From Selaginella moellendorffii (Eukaryota > Plantae > Lycopodiophyta): a stretch of 64,000 nucleotides of DNA. How positions within the stretch are numbered: position 1 is the stretch's first letter; the number at the start of each line of letters is the position of its first letter. Where the stretch lies: NCBI RefSeq assembly GCF_000143415.4, contig NW_003314267.1, forward strand, positions 3,903,201 through 3,967,200, read 5' to 3'. The translations under genes were made by a program, and so were the position numbers. A model generated the notes under the pieces. It searched no databases. It saw only the letters and a list, made by a program, of their open reading frames with translations, and was not told where the DNA came from. Positions 48,822-61,635 of the stretch are shown here, piece by piece.

Positions 48822-50108
48822 ATGGCGATCCCGGCGTGGCGGATTTGCCTAGCGTCGGCGTCCCCGGAGGAGCAGCAGCACCAGCGGCGCCTCACCTCGC
48901 TGCTGCGCAACAAGCAGCGGGCCCTGGAGGCGCGCCTGGCCGCTATGGATGAGCAGGAGCGGCAGCTCCAGTCGCGGCTGCAGGGACTCCAGAGATTGCC
49001 GCCGCCCCAGCACCGGTTGCTGCAGAAGATCGTCGCCAGCACAATGCAGGGCCGCACGGCGATCGTGGCCGAGGTCGCGCGGGCCTCTCCGGCGGAGAAG
49101 CCAGAGGGCGTTGCGCAAAGGAGCCAGGACTATGTTACATGGGGTATGGATTCTTTTCGTTCTCTCCTTTTCTTTGCGGCGTGATTCGAGTGTTTGCTTC
49201 CTTGTCCAGGAGCTGACGCCATCTCGGTTTGCACTGACGAAGAAGTATCGCCAGATGGAGTTTTGGATCTGGAAGCTGTTTCTAAAGGTAGCGATTCTTC
49301 TTTCTTTCTTACTATGTTGTGTTCTCCTTGACATTGGTTTCCTAAGTTTGTGCGAAGTAATTCCTCGGATGTGCAGCGGTGGAGGTCCCAGTTCTTCGCA
49401 AAGATTGGATCATTCATCCGATACAGGTAGCCAATCCATAATTGTGTATCGAGCACAAAGCTTTGTTTTGCATAGATAATCGATACTCGGGAATCCGGTG
49501 CTGCTGCTCTCACGGCCGTCTACTCAGTTCTTTCCAAAGGTACGTGTGTTTCTGCAAGCTCTTAAAAAAATCAAACTCTTCGATTTGCAGGAACGCCATC
49601 CATTCTACGCTACATAGCTACAGTTGGACTTGATGCAGTTGTGGAGGTGAGCTCCTTTCTTTCTCTGAAACCAAGACTAAATTAGAAATTTCCAGGTCGT
49701 CAATCTCAAAGAACTCGAGGAACTCTCCACACTCGGCATCCCGCTCTTTGGTTTCAACATCTCAGTTGGAGTTGCAGTGCGTTGATTGACATAATTTTTG
49801 CTCTCTTGCCATCAGTATCAACCTCTTTCCCTTCTCCTACAGGTTCCAATACCAGGCTTTCGGCAGGACATCGCCAAGTCTCTGGTTCAAAAGCTCCCCT
49901 TTGGAGCCGCGTCCATTGTGGTGAGTTTTAGCCCTCTCCTCGCGCGTCAACTCAGCTTTTTCTTCTCGTCCAGGGCGTTGCTTCGATGGAGGAGGCACGG
50001 CAGATGAAGGTGGCGGGGGCGGACGCCGTCTACCTGAAAAGAGAGGCTCTAAGTTCGCCGCAAGAGCTACTCGAAAGCTTGCGAGAAGGATTGAGTGGAG
50101 ACGACTAG
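48822..50108 (+). CDS. Indole-3-glycerol-phosphate-synthase-like TIM-barrel protein, 287 aa, 8 exons (48822-49143, 49210-49287, 49377-49426, 49476-49539, 49591-49646, 49696-49776, 49843-49920, 49974-50108)
   Basis: Manual splicing gives an open frame with IVAEVARASP, GADAISVCTD, VPVLRKDWIIHPIQ, GLDAVVEV, LFGFN and GADAVYL. Confidence 0.85.
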
Positions 50109-50215
50109 AAAAACAAATAAACAGCAGTCATTTACAATCACGGTTCACGCAGATTATTTACAGTATGTATAGTTTTTAGTGTCAGTAGAGTTTCATGAAT
50201 GGATTCCTTGCGATT

Positions 50216-53200
50216 CTACTTCTTGGTAGCTGCCTGTGCAGCAGCGAGTCTCGCAATTGGCACTCTACATCAAACAAAAGTTTGCATTAGAATTCTTTCC
50301 TTTTCTTTCTCTCTTTCTTACCTGAAAGGCGAGCACGAAACGTAGTCTAGACCCGCGTCATGGAAGAACTCTACGGACATGGGCTCCCCGCCGTGCTCTC
50401 CACAAACTCCTACCTGATGTTACACAGGCGGTCAGCCATGAATCACACAACTTAGCTCGTTTCACCTTCAAACCATCCCTGGCTTTTCTGCCTCGCTCGG
50501 TCGCAATGCTGATAAGTTGGCCGACGCCTCTCTGGTCAAGAACCTGAGATCCGGAAGAACAAAAAAGTATAAGAAAAGCCTCGTGAAACGTCATGCGTGC
50601 ACCTCGAATGGATCATGCTGTAGAATGCCTTGCGAGAGGTAGACGGGTAAGAACTTGCTCACGTCGTCTCGGCTATAGCCAAACGTCATTTGCGTCAGGT
50701 CGTTGGTGCCGAAAGAGAAAAACTCCGCGTGTGATGCAATCTAGCGTGTCACCGAATTAAGCAAACAAAACCACGGGAGATTCTGTTACCTCGTCTGCAA
50801 CGAGTGCTGCCCGAGGGATTTCGATCATAGTTCCAATCTTGTATGGCAGGCTTTTGCCAACGTCCGAGAAGACTCTTTCCGCTACACCGTGGATTGCAGA
50901 AACTTGGTTTCCGAGTTCCTGTATACAGGATAATCGTGAAAAAACATTAGCTTGCACAAAAACTCGACGAACCTGAGGAGTCCCCACAAGAGGAACCATT
51001 ATTTCAGGGTAGACTTTAACACCTTGATTGGACATTGCTATAGCCGCTTCGAAGATGGCACGAGCTTGCATTTCTGTAAGCTCCGGATACGAAACTCCCA
51101 GCCTGAGAACATCTAACGTAGAATCTCCACTAAAACTCTCATGTTTGAAATATACCTGCAGCCTCGGAAACCGAGCATCGGGTTCACCTCGGACAACTTT
51201 TCAACTCGAAGTAGAACATCTTCCTCGCGGACACCAGTTTCCGCAGCAAGCTCTTCCACAATCTCGTCAATGTCACCTTCGGGAAGGAACTCGTGTAATG
51301 GAGGATCAAGCAAACGTATGGTGACCGGAAGTCCTGCATTCTTGTTGGCAAGAAACACAGGTTAGTGACTAAAACTACCAAGCTTCGCACTTTACCATCC
51401 ATGACGCGAAAAATTCCTTCAAAGTCTGATCGTTGGTATGGTAGAAGCTTGTCCAGAGCTGCTTGCCTGTGTTCGAGAGTGGATGCCATGATCATCTGCC
51501 TCACAGCCTTGATCCTCTCATCTGAAGCAAAGAACTGAACGCGCATGGATAGCTCGAGAAAAGAGCATAAGAGAGCTCACGTACCATGTGTTCTGTTCTG
51601 CACAATCCGATACCTTGAGCACCGTTGTTTCTAGCAGTGAGCGCATCCGCAGGAGTATCGGCATTGGCCATAACCTGAACGCATGTCCATGTTTAATTGT
51701 GCATCTTTACTTCTCATACCTTGAGCTTCCGATAATCATCAACCCAGCGCATGAGAGTCTCAAGATCACCACTAAGTACCGGAGGTGACAAATCCTGCCT
51801 TCCCACAATAACCTCGCCCGTTGTCCCATTCAACGAAATCCAGTCACCTTCTTTCAGTACCGTGTTTCCCAGCGACATTGTCTGTAAAGTACGTTTCAAA
51901 ACCAGAACGCTTGGCACTCTTTACCTTCTGTGCGTCGTTCACTCGAAGCTCCGAGCATCCAGCAACACAGCACTTTCCCCAGCCTCGGGCAACAACAGCA
52001 GCATGAGACGTCATCCCTCCGCGTGCAGTAAGAATGCCGGCGGCAGCATTCATGCCTCCAACGTCTTCTGGACTCGTCTCGTTTCTTACCTGAAAAGGAT
52101 TAAAGATCACTAGACAGATAAATGACGCTGCGTGAAGAATACCAGAATACAGCTTTTCCCTTGAGCATGCCAGGCTTCTGCATCTTCGGCACTGAAAACG
52201 AGTTGCCCGACTGCGGCACCAGGTGAAGCAGGAAGACCAGAACCTATGACATAATCTTTGTATGCAGCAGGATTCTCGAACTGTAGACGGAAAACGAAGG
52301 AATTGTGAAGGAGAGAAACAAATCTTTCTACCTGAGGATGAAGGAGCTGGTCCAGGTGTCTAGGCTCGACCATGTTCACAGCGGTTTTGGTGTCCACAAG
52401 CTTTTCGCCAACCATGTCGACAGCAATCTTTACCGCTCCAGCACCAGTTCGTTTCCCGGAGCGGCACTGCAGCATCCACAACCTGTTTGATTGAACAGTG
52501 AATTCGATGTCCTGAACATCACCAGGAGAATTATTAGAACATGGCATATATATACTGCGTCCTAACCATCATATCCTTGTAGTGGTTTTCCAGTATTTCA
52601 CAGTTCTTCACAAGCTCCGCATAAGCACCAGGCAAGCGTTCTTTCATAACATCAATATCCTCCGGCGTCCTGATCCCAGCCACAACGTCCTCTCCCTGCA
52701 GCCATCATACTTTCAAAGTCATCATAGATGCAACTATAGATTAAAAACCTGTGCGTTAATCAGGTACTCGCCATAGAGCTTCCTTTCCCCAGTGCTAGGA
52801 TTGCGAGTAAACAGCACCCCAGTACCCGAGTCAAGTCCCATATTTCCAAAAACCATAGCTTGGACATTAACAGCCGTGCCTCGCAAACCACTGATTTGGT
52901 TGATATTGCGATACTTGATGGCACGAGGACTGTTCCACGACTCGAAGACAGCCACAATGGCAAGCTTAAGTTGCTCTTTTGGATCTGCTTAGACAAGAAG
53001 GCCTGTCAATAAAAGCATAAGAAGACAAATACATACCAGAAGGAAACTCTTTGCCAGTTGCTTTAGAGTAAACCGCCTTGTATTTCTCAACAAGCTCTTT
53101 AAGATCCTCCGTGGTGAGGTCCGTGTCAAGCGTTGTCCCTCTCGCAGCCTTCATCGTTTCCAGCTCATGCTCAAACAGTGAATGCGGAATATTCATCACC

Positions 53201-54078
53201 TGCAACTTAAAGTAAGGACCTTTCCAGAGACGGCATACATATGACTTACCACATCACCAAACATGTCGAGGAAGCGACGATAAGAATCATACGCAAATCT
53301 CTCGCCGCTTATCTGGCCTAGGCCGGCAGCAACCTCGTCGTTGAGCCCCAGATTTAACACCGTGTCCATCATTCCCGGCATTGACACCTGCATTTCATAC
53401 AGTCAACACTAACACCACCCTGCAGAACCGAGAAAGAATAAAAGCTAGAAACACTAACCGCAGCACCTGACCGTACAGAAACCAGCAGTGGCGCAGTGGG
53501 ATTTCCCAGCGAAGCATTCATTTCTCGCTCCACAACGCTGAGTGCAGCTAGAACTTCCTCCCACAGGCCAGAAGGGAATTTCTTTCCGTTGTCAAAGTAG
53601 TCGTGACAGGTTTCTGTGGTGATGGTAAGTCCCGGAGGTACAGACAGGCCTATGCTCGACATTTCTGCGAGGTTTGCACCTTTGCCACCAAGCTGAGAGG
53701 ATAAGAACAGCGATCATACATTTCAAGATAAGGAGAAACTATTATTTTTTTACCAGAGACTTCATGCTCTTGTCCCCTTGACTGAGCCCCTTCCCGAATG
53801 TATAAACACGCTGGGGCTGATGCTGGTGTAACTCAAGCTGTGTGAGCTGCTGCTGCCCCTGATCGCAAAACAAAAACAGTGATCACGTCCACAAAAACTT
53901 AATTTTGTACCTGAACTGCGAAAACTTGAGCTCTTCCAGCTGAAACTTTGTAGCTCGTCTTCGCTATCCTTGTCTGAAGCAAGGGACGCTGCTCGTTGCC
54001 ATAAAAAGCCGCTGCAACAGCGGCCTTGTGCTGCTGCTGCATAATTGAAGCGAACATCATCTTACTGGCACAAGCCAT
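50216..54078 (-). CDS. PPDK: Pyruvate, orthophosphate dikinase (multi-exon, N-terminal transit-peptide-like region)
   Basis: [33 protein letters not shown] (regulatory Thr and catalytic His), [36 protein letters not shown]. Confidence 0.96.
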
Positions 54079-54308
54079 TGCCCCGAGCACACCAGATAAC
54101 TCTGGAAGAAGGAAGAAACACAAGAAAGGGCCTCAATCCACTTTATGATTACGTTTCCAAAATTTCGCGAGCTTAAAACCCGAGCTTAGCGAATCAACGA
54201 TAGCTCTACCTCTCTACAGTAGCTTGTTTTTACAAACTGCAACCACAAAAAATGAATTATGTCTAGATAGAGCAAAAGGCTCCGCTCGCTGCAAAATTCT
54301 CCACTCAC

Positions 54309-57300
54309 TCACATCAACTTCTGAAGGAGATCGACAGTTTGTCCTGCCGCATGTAAGACGAGCTTCTTTACCTGAAAATTTTGCGACTTAGAAAGAGCTG
54401 AGTCTAAAAACAGAATCAGTACCTCCAGCTTATCTTCTTTAGCCCGATGGTCCTTTGGAAGTCGCCGAAACTCCTCTGTTAGACGAATGCACTCATGCAC
54501 ATTTTCCGGAGACACAAAATCTAGTGCGACCTTGATGCATGACTGCCACAAAGGAAGAACTCGGGATCATACATCTCGTTTCAGTGGTGACATTTTACCT
54601 TCAAATTCCTCACTTGGTGGGGGCAGCCCGCAGGAATAAATACTGCTTCTCCAATGTGCTGTTCGAAAGTCCACGGCTCTATTTCTGAACAAGGGCTATA
54701 CATAAGCTTAGCTGAAAAACAACGTAGGATAAAACTTACGATACTCCTCTTTCAACTGCAGTTTATGCTTCTCGTCCAAGAAAAAAATCTGATCATGTAT
54801 GGGATGGTGCACCTGATGTAAAAAAAAAGGAGTAAACAAGCGTAAGAATGGTTATAAAGAATCTCAACGTTTACCTCTTTAACTGGCAAGTTTCCTATGT
54901 GTCTGAACTCTGTCGAATGTTTCATCAGATATGCTTCGAGTTTGGGAACGTCTTCTCGTCTATAAATATCCCATAAGGCACCTCCATAAGTACTGCTCTT
55001 GGCCTCACAGACCAAAATTTCATCCTTGTGACTAGTGTCGACTCCAGAAGAACAGCTCTCGGAAGACGTGTTCTCACTCGGTGACGTTTGCATATTGCGC
55101 AGATCTTTGCGCATAACTTCTATCCGTTCCTTGCGTTTCTGTTGCCACTTTATTTCAGAGGTGTGCGTTAACACATTTACCTGCACGTAAAAAACTTTTA
55201 TCAGCAAAATGAAGAACTACAATATGAAGCTGGCAGTTTACCGCGTCCGAAATGTCACAGTGCAATTTGGTGACAGAATCTCCATTGCCAAGCTCCTCAC
55301 GAAACCCGTACGCAATGTAAGTTTTGGGCCCCAGGTCAGGCTTCAACGAGTTCTCAGGCAGCTTTGCCGCCAGGTTGAAAATACCAGTCGTGGGATGCGT
55401 ATACGCCTTGAAAGGCAGAGAGTTCAGAAACTCAGCCCCATGGCGAGGGAGGCGCTCGCTGAACAAGGTCGCTGGTGGCCAATCCTTCAGCTTCAACATT
55501 TCTGGCCAACCGTCTGGATGAACACGCCCTTCTTGGTATCCTGTAAAAAACTGATGTATGTTTATCTCCACCTGAAGATGGAACGTTAGAGCTGCAACCA
55601 AACTCGACAAGAGTCTTACTTGGTTCCAATCCAGGCAATCGATGGCTTTGAGGCTCTTGTTCTCGACGGCAGTCTTACTCTTGTTTGTCTCTCGTACAGC
55701 CCTCCACATTACCATCGGCTCCCAACTCAGGCCTGTGGTACCCTCTAGGACATCCCGAACGACAACTGGTTCACCACGTACCCAGTGCTTCTGAAAGTGT
55801 TTCACTCCCTCGTCTTTCAAGTCGCTTGCGCTGGGGCAGTAAATGTGGTTGTCGCTGGATCCTTCACGCTTTGCAGCCAGGCGGACGTTGCCTGCGTTTT
55901 CCGAGCAGTCGCAAGTGTTAGCCATCGCTTCAGGATCTGGACGGTAGTCTTCTAGACACTCCTCAATCGACTTTTGAAGGTCTGAGGTATGGTGGTGTGT
56001 GAAGAGCGTCTTCAAACACAGAGGATGCGAATCACAGTTTCGACAGGGAATGCTTCCGTCACTGTGTGCTTTCCAGGTGCTGCCACCTTCCTGTTCGAGA
56101 GCAGGATCCTCAGCCTTTTCCCTTAGCTCTCGACAGCAAGTGAGGCATAAGTCGAAGCCGCATCCGGGACAATTTCGATGCATGTCCACAATGGATGTCC
56201 GGCAGTTATCACTGCCAAGAGGAGGTCCGTCAGTCACAGAAAATTGCAAAACAGATCCAACCAATAAAGGCGCTCGTCAAAATCCACCGGGGCCTTTTCC
56301 ACTCCCAAGTATGCCTCTCCTGCCATCTCGTACTGTTAGTCTGATGAAGACAGAACTGCAGAACTACTCGCCTTGGATGTTTTTCTCGAGCTCCTCTTCC
56401 TCTCGTTGTTCATTGCTGAGTTGTTTAAGATAGCGCGAGATCTTCCAAAGGAGATACTTAAAATGCTCCACCTGTTTGGATGGAGGCAGCTCCGCAGTCA
56501 CCTACATCAGACAAGGGAAAGCATCGGACACTTGATCATCAAGCGAGAATGTTACTTACAACTTTCGGCCCGTGAGTGCGTAGGCAAGCTTTGCAATTAC
56601 AGTTCCTCCGGCAGAAAGGACACTGCTTCTGGACGTCTTTCACTGTCAGCTCCGGGTACCTGGAAAAAGAAACAAAAACTTCACACGCTAAGAAAAAAAA
56701 AAACCGCAAGCTTCTTGCCATCGCTTGATACAGCTAAGGCAGTAGCGCTTCTTGTTGCAGCCATCGCAGAAAACCACATCTCCTTTGTCATTTCTCTGGC
56801 ACTGGTGGCAGCTCTTGTACTGCTCTAACTTCTCGCGAATGGCGGCGAGTTTTTCCTGAGACCAGAAATGGTCGTGAGATTCTTCGCAAAACGAAAAGAA
56901 CAGCAAAGAATACCTGATCCAGCTCTTCGGCCATGTCGGTTTCCTTTCGATCACAGCGGCGCAGCTTTTTTCTCTTCTCCTCCCGAGGAGGCTGCTGCTC
57001 CTTGCTGCTTCTCTTCGTTGCCACCTGATCCTTGTACCTCTGGGTCTTTTCTCGCATTTTATTGCGATGGTACTCGCAGTAGTTGTCATTCACCATGGCC
57101 AGTTGCGGACAGCGCCAGCCTTTCCCATCTGATCGGCTACACGGCCGTGGAAATTCCATCGATTTCCTCTTCCTGATCACACAAATCAGGGCCGCTTTTG
57201 CAGAAAAGGAAATGTGGTCTAGAGTACCTGGTTTGCCGATTTGGCTCTTCTTCCTCTCTTTCGTCTTCCTCTTCTTCCGTCCTTGTATCCGAGGATCCAT

Positions 57301-57355
57301 CCTCCCCCTCCTCGTTGTCCGCGACCCTCCTCAGCTCTGGGCGCTTGCTCCTCAT
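54309..57355 (-). CDS. KDM3/JMJD1-family JmjC histone H3K9 demethylase with WRC and RING-like Cys domains (JMJ25-29 group)
   Basis: WRC ([16 protein letters not shown]), [69 protein letters not shown]. Confidence 0.93.
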
Positions 57356-59179
57356 CTCGCCTTCACCCTAGCCTGCTTCCATTTACAATATTGCGCACAT
57401 TAGGTTTTCGCGTCATTTACATGTTATTCTGGTATTTCCATATTATTATAGTAGCGGTTTAAAATTAGCATAAAGGATTTATCCATTTAATTTTTCACAT
57501 TATTAATTTATCTAGACCTGAAATATAGCAAAGTTGACTTCTTCAAGGAGGATTTTTTAGGGCGTGTTTTGCTTGGACTTATAGCATTACTGGGTGGTGC
57601 AAGTTTGTGCTGCCCAAAGTCCAAAACACAGTATAAGGTTTTGGAAGTATATGATATGGGCATAAAGGATCTTCAATGATGCCCAAAGTCCAAAACATGG
57701 TATAAGGTTGGAAGTATCTTAAATGATGCCCCAAAGGATTTACAGATGGGATTTTAGTGGATAATGGAGTTATGGTGGATAACAACATGGGGAGACAAAA
57801 CACTCTAAAAATCATTGTTAAACACTCTTAAACACAGAAACCCCAACAAGTGTCTTGAGTTCAGCCACTATGTTGTGAGAGAGTTGGTATTGTTTTCTTA
57901 GCATGCAGGGAGTCCCCTTATATACAACATGCTCTAGTGCCTTGACACCCTCATTGCATGATTTCTTGTGGTTTTTTTGGCTGGTTGGGGAAATCTAGTG
58001 GCCCTAAGAGTTTTGTGAGCATTCAAGAGAGAACTTGACATAGTCTTTTTTCCAACTAGGTCTCTTGCTTGAGGCTTCTATAAGTCATGCTTGTACCTTT
58101 GGGGCAAGAGGTTTAGTGGAGCCCTAGCTAATGCTTTTACATCTTCTAGGTCGAGTTGTTAGACTGGTGACACATAAGCTAGCTATGACAAGTTTGATTG
58201 TACAACTTGCTTTGGTATTAGAGGAGTTGAGTTGTTGGTCCATCTGGAAGGACAAGTGCAACAAATGGATAATAGACTAGATAGTGGTTGTGAGTAGATA
58301 AAAGTGATGGTGATGAGGTCTGGATTGATCTAATATAGAGAAGAATTTGAAAACCATGGGAGAAAAGCCAGGAAATGTATGAACTCTTAGATGATTGAAG
58401 CTGATGCCACCTCAAAACTGAAATCTAAGCCCAAGCTTGCTACCATAATGATAGAAAGGCAAGTAGAAAAGAGTGAAAAAAAAGAAAAGAAAAAAACAAA
58501 GAAAATAAAGAAGAGAAATAAAAAGTCACTATAAGAGAAGTTGATAGTGATTTCAGAAGTTGCTTAATATTGTTGTGTTGTAGCATGCTCCAAGTGAACA
58601 AAGAGTGTTTGGAAGGAGGCTAGAGACACCAATGAAGTTTCCAAAGCTGCATGTCACATCAACTCATCAAGGTCCCACTACAACTTTGATCCCACTACAA
58701 CTTTAAGCAAAAATATAGAATTATGCTTGATATCATGAGGTTGAGAGATCCTAGGACAAAGTGCCTCTAAAGTCTGGAATGTAGTCTAAGTCATTGTGAA
58801 TTTGGTGGACAAGTTGAATAGTGTTGTCTGTGAAAAAAGGCCACAATCATGTTAGGTGATGCTTTGGCTGGGATCCTATGGTTCCAGTGAGCTGATGTCA
58901 CCTCTAAGTACTGGAGAGGCTAGAGAAGAATGAACTATTGCAAAAATGAACTTGCCACTATTGCCACCTTTGACAAGTAGCAACATTGGGAGTTTTATGT
59001 ATGCATATGTTTCATCTGGCTGCTACAAGTGATTGCTAAGGACCCTGGAAAAGGCCTCCAAACAATCTAGAGAAGGCGTTGCAGCTGAAAATAAACTTTA
59101 AATCATTGTTGATATGTTTATATTCGTGCTCCTTGTGCCAGACCTATGCCATCCTCAACAAACAATCCACACTAAGAAA

Positions 59180-59380
59180 TTCTATTAAATACTCAAGAAA
59201 ACACTCCTGGACTGTGATTGTCTATGCATTTGCTCAGAACAAGGATCTTATAGCAGCTCTAGAATTGTTCTGGGCATGCATCCTGGATGTGGTTGAGTTC
59301 TCACTACTTACAACCATGTTAGGTGCATAGAGTGAGTATGGGTGAAAGTGCATATAATTATAGAGGCAAGGTAATATAGA
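59180..59380 (+). pseudogene. Degenerate PPR fragment
   Basis: SWTVIVYAFAQNKDLIAALELF resembles a PPR motif, followed by stops. Confidence 0.5.
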
Positions 59381-59479
59381 GTTAGACCAAGCCATCTGAG
59401 CTATAATCCTTTTACTTCAATTCTAGTTGCCCCTCTTCTCAATCATTCTCCAATCTACTCATTGTAACTGTACATTCCA

Positions 59480-60160
59480 AACATTGCTAGAAGTCTTCTC
59501 CAAGTGCTTTGTTAAAATATCTATATAGTATGGATGCAATCCTAACTTACCTTTATATCCCAAATAAGTTGGAATTGCCTTGGAGAATATTAATAAACTT
59601 CTCACTATCAAATCAATCAAATCTTTATATAAGGGTTTCCCAAGATATGGATTACAAACCAGATTATCCCTTTGTATAAATCCAATGATCCAGTTAAAAT
59701 GGCAAATTATTGAACCCAGATTATCTCCAATATATTTATGAAACTCTTTGCTTGCTTGATGAAAAAACAACTCTTAGTTTGGGTGGAAAGTTGTTATCTT
59801 CATGCAAATGGCAAAATAGACTTTTGCCGCTATTACTCTTGTGTAGACCAACTTCTCACTCTCTAAGTATTGCTAGAGTAGTATTTGTTCATATGTAATT
59901 GAGTGGTCTTCCTTGGCTATATCAATTTATGAAGCTTTTGATCAGATGCCACAACATTTGCTCATTCAAAGATTACTTGAAATTCAAGTGCCTTCCACTT
60001 GTTGCTATTGTGAACTCTATAGAACTATGCAGTTGTAACTCTTTGATAGGGCATCAATTCCTTCTAAGGTTGGAGTCTAGCAAGGCTATCCTTTATTACT
60101 AGCTCTTTGATATTTACATTGATGCACTAGAGTCCATAATTGAAGGAAGAACACTCATGC
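59480..60160 (+). mobile_element. Degenerate LINE reverse-transcriptase remnant
   Basis: Broken + frames give EAFDQMP and VGV*QGYPLL..FDIYIDALE, resembling the KAFD and GVRQGCPLSP.LFNIYID RT motifs. Confidence 0.55.
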
Positions 60161-60327
60161 CATACCATTATTAGTAGCTTAGAGCACTCAAAATATTCTA
60201 ATTCTCAATATATTCCTCTCTATATAAAAGCCATGTGAGAGTGAGCAAGGGCTAGAGGGCATTTAGGGCTTATAGAAGAGTTTGAATTTGTGATAGAGGT
60301 ATTGAGAGCTTGAGACATAGAAGTTGG

Positions 60328-60904
60328 TGTAAAAAACCAAAGGGAACAATTCGAAAGACAATCTATAAGAGTTCAAATATAAAAGAAAATGGCCCATGAA
60401 TAAGAGTGCACCCCTTTTCCAATAAATTAAGAGTTTTAAAATACTTGGGGTTAAGCGTCTTTGGGTTTGAATAGTATTGTTCTAGGTGACATCGTGGGAA
60501 ATCCAAACTCAAGAGCTTACATTTGGTATTAGAAGTGTCTCAAATTTGGCTTTATTAGTTGACTTAAAGGAATCACACTACATATTAAGATTAGCATCTG
60601 GCAGGTCTAGCATGGTGGATTGTAAGCGACCAAAGAAAACAAGGACAGTGTGGTGGATTGTAAGCGACCAAAAAGAACAATATTCTTGTGAACTTGCACG
60701 GAAGTATGGTGGATTGTAAATAAAAAAAAAAAAATGAAAGACAATCCATAGGGGTTTAAATATAAAGGGAAATGGCTTATGAACAAGAGTGTAGCCTTTT
60801 TTCCAATCAGTTAAAGGTTTTGGGATACTTAGGATTAAGTGTTGTTGGATTTAAATAATACTAGACTAGATGATTTCCCCGGAAGTCCAAACTTAGAGTT
60901 TACA
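60328..60904 (+). mobile_element. Cassandra-like TRIM 1 (LTRs 60328-60521 and 60715-60904)
   Basis: TG...CA LTRs and a perfect 5-bp TSD GTTGG. Met-type PBS TGGTATTAGA at 60524 and TGGTGGAT before LTR2. 5S-like core GTTAAGCGT..GGGAAATCC at 60450-60504. Confidence 0.8.
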
Positions 60905-61635
60905 GTTGGAAGATAATTCTCATCTCCCAAGAAATGGTGAACTCAGTGTGATGGATTAATTTAGCTTTTTTTAGAAAATGAGAGAATTATTATTTAGAGT
61001 GTAAACTCATAGATTTGAAGTTTTTACCACTATTTTTCAACTTTCCTTTGTTTTGTTTAGTTTCAAAAAAATTTTAGATGACAAAAGTATTCATTTTGGT
61101 TTTGCTTTATTTCGGTGAAACAATTTTAACTCCTATTTCCAACAATTTAAAGAACCTAAAACTAAATTGTGAAAATAAGGGAAAATATAAGAGGAAAATG
61201 CTTATATGTGGCTTGATTTTTCACTTAGTTTTAGAAGTTTAAGTTTGAGAGTTTGGCATCAATTTGAGAAGTCATAAAATCTTTTACTTTATCTTGCTCT
61301 CTTTTTTTTAATTTTTTCACGACTATATTTTAGAACTCTAAGAGTGAGATTTTTTGAGTGTTCTCTGAATATTTCTTTTGTGGGTCTTTTCTTTTGTTCT
61401 TTAGCTTTCATAACAAATTTAAGAAGCTTATTCTTTATTGTTTTATCATCATTTTCTTTTTTCTTGAGTGTGTTGGATAGATATCTTCTAGAGCTTTTTG
61501 CCATGTGTTTGCATATGGAATTTAATGCCAATTTAAAGAGTTTAGAGGGATTTTCCACTTATGTTTATTTATTTTGAGTATAAGAAGTGGTTTTAGCTAT
61601 TTTCATGCAATTCTGAGTAGTTTAGCCATATAGTT

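Noticed and set aside
47323-50108. Benzoxazinoid-type biosynthetic cluster
   Set aside because: No indole lyase/TSA, P450 or 2-ODD in the window, and the IGPS-like protein lacks catalytic residues.
54309-57355. Functional link between the H3K9 demethylase and the adjacent TE-rich or rearranged DNA
   Set aside because: It is a trans-acting enzyme, so adjacency alone is not evidence.
60450-60504. 5S rRNA gene
   Set aside because: Only a degenerate internal-control-region core within LTRs.
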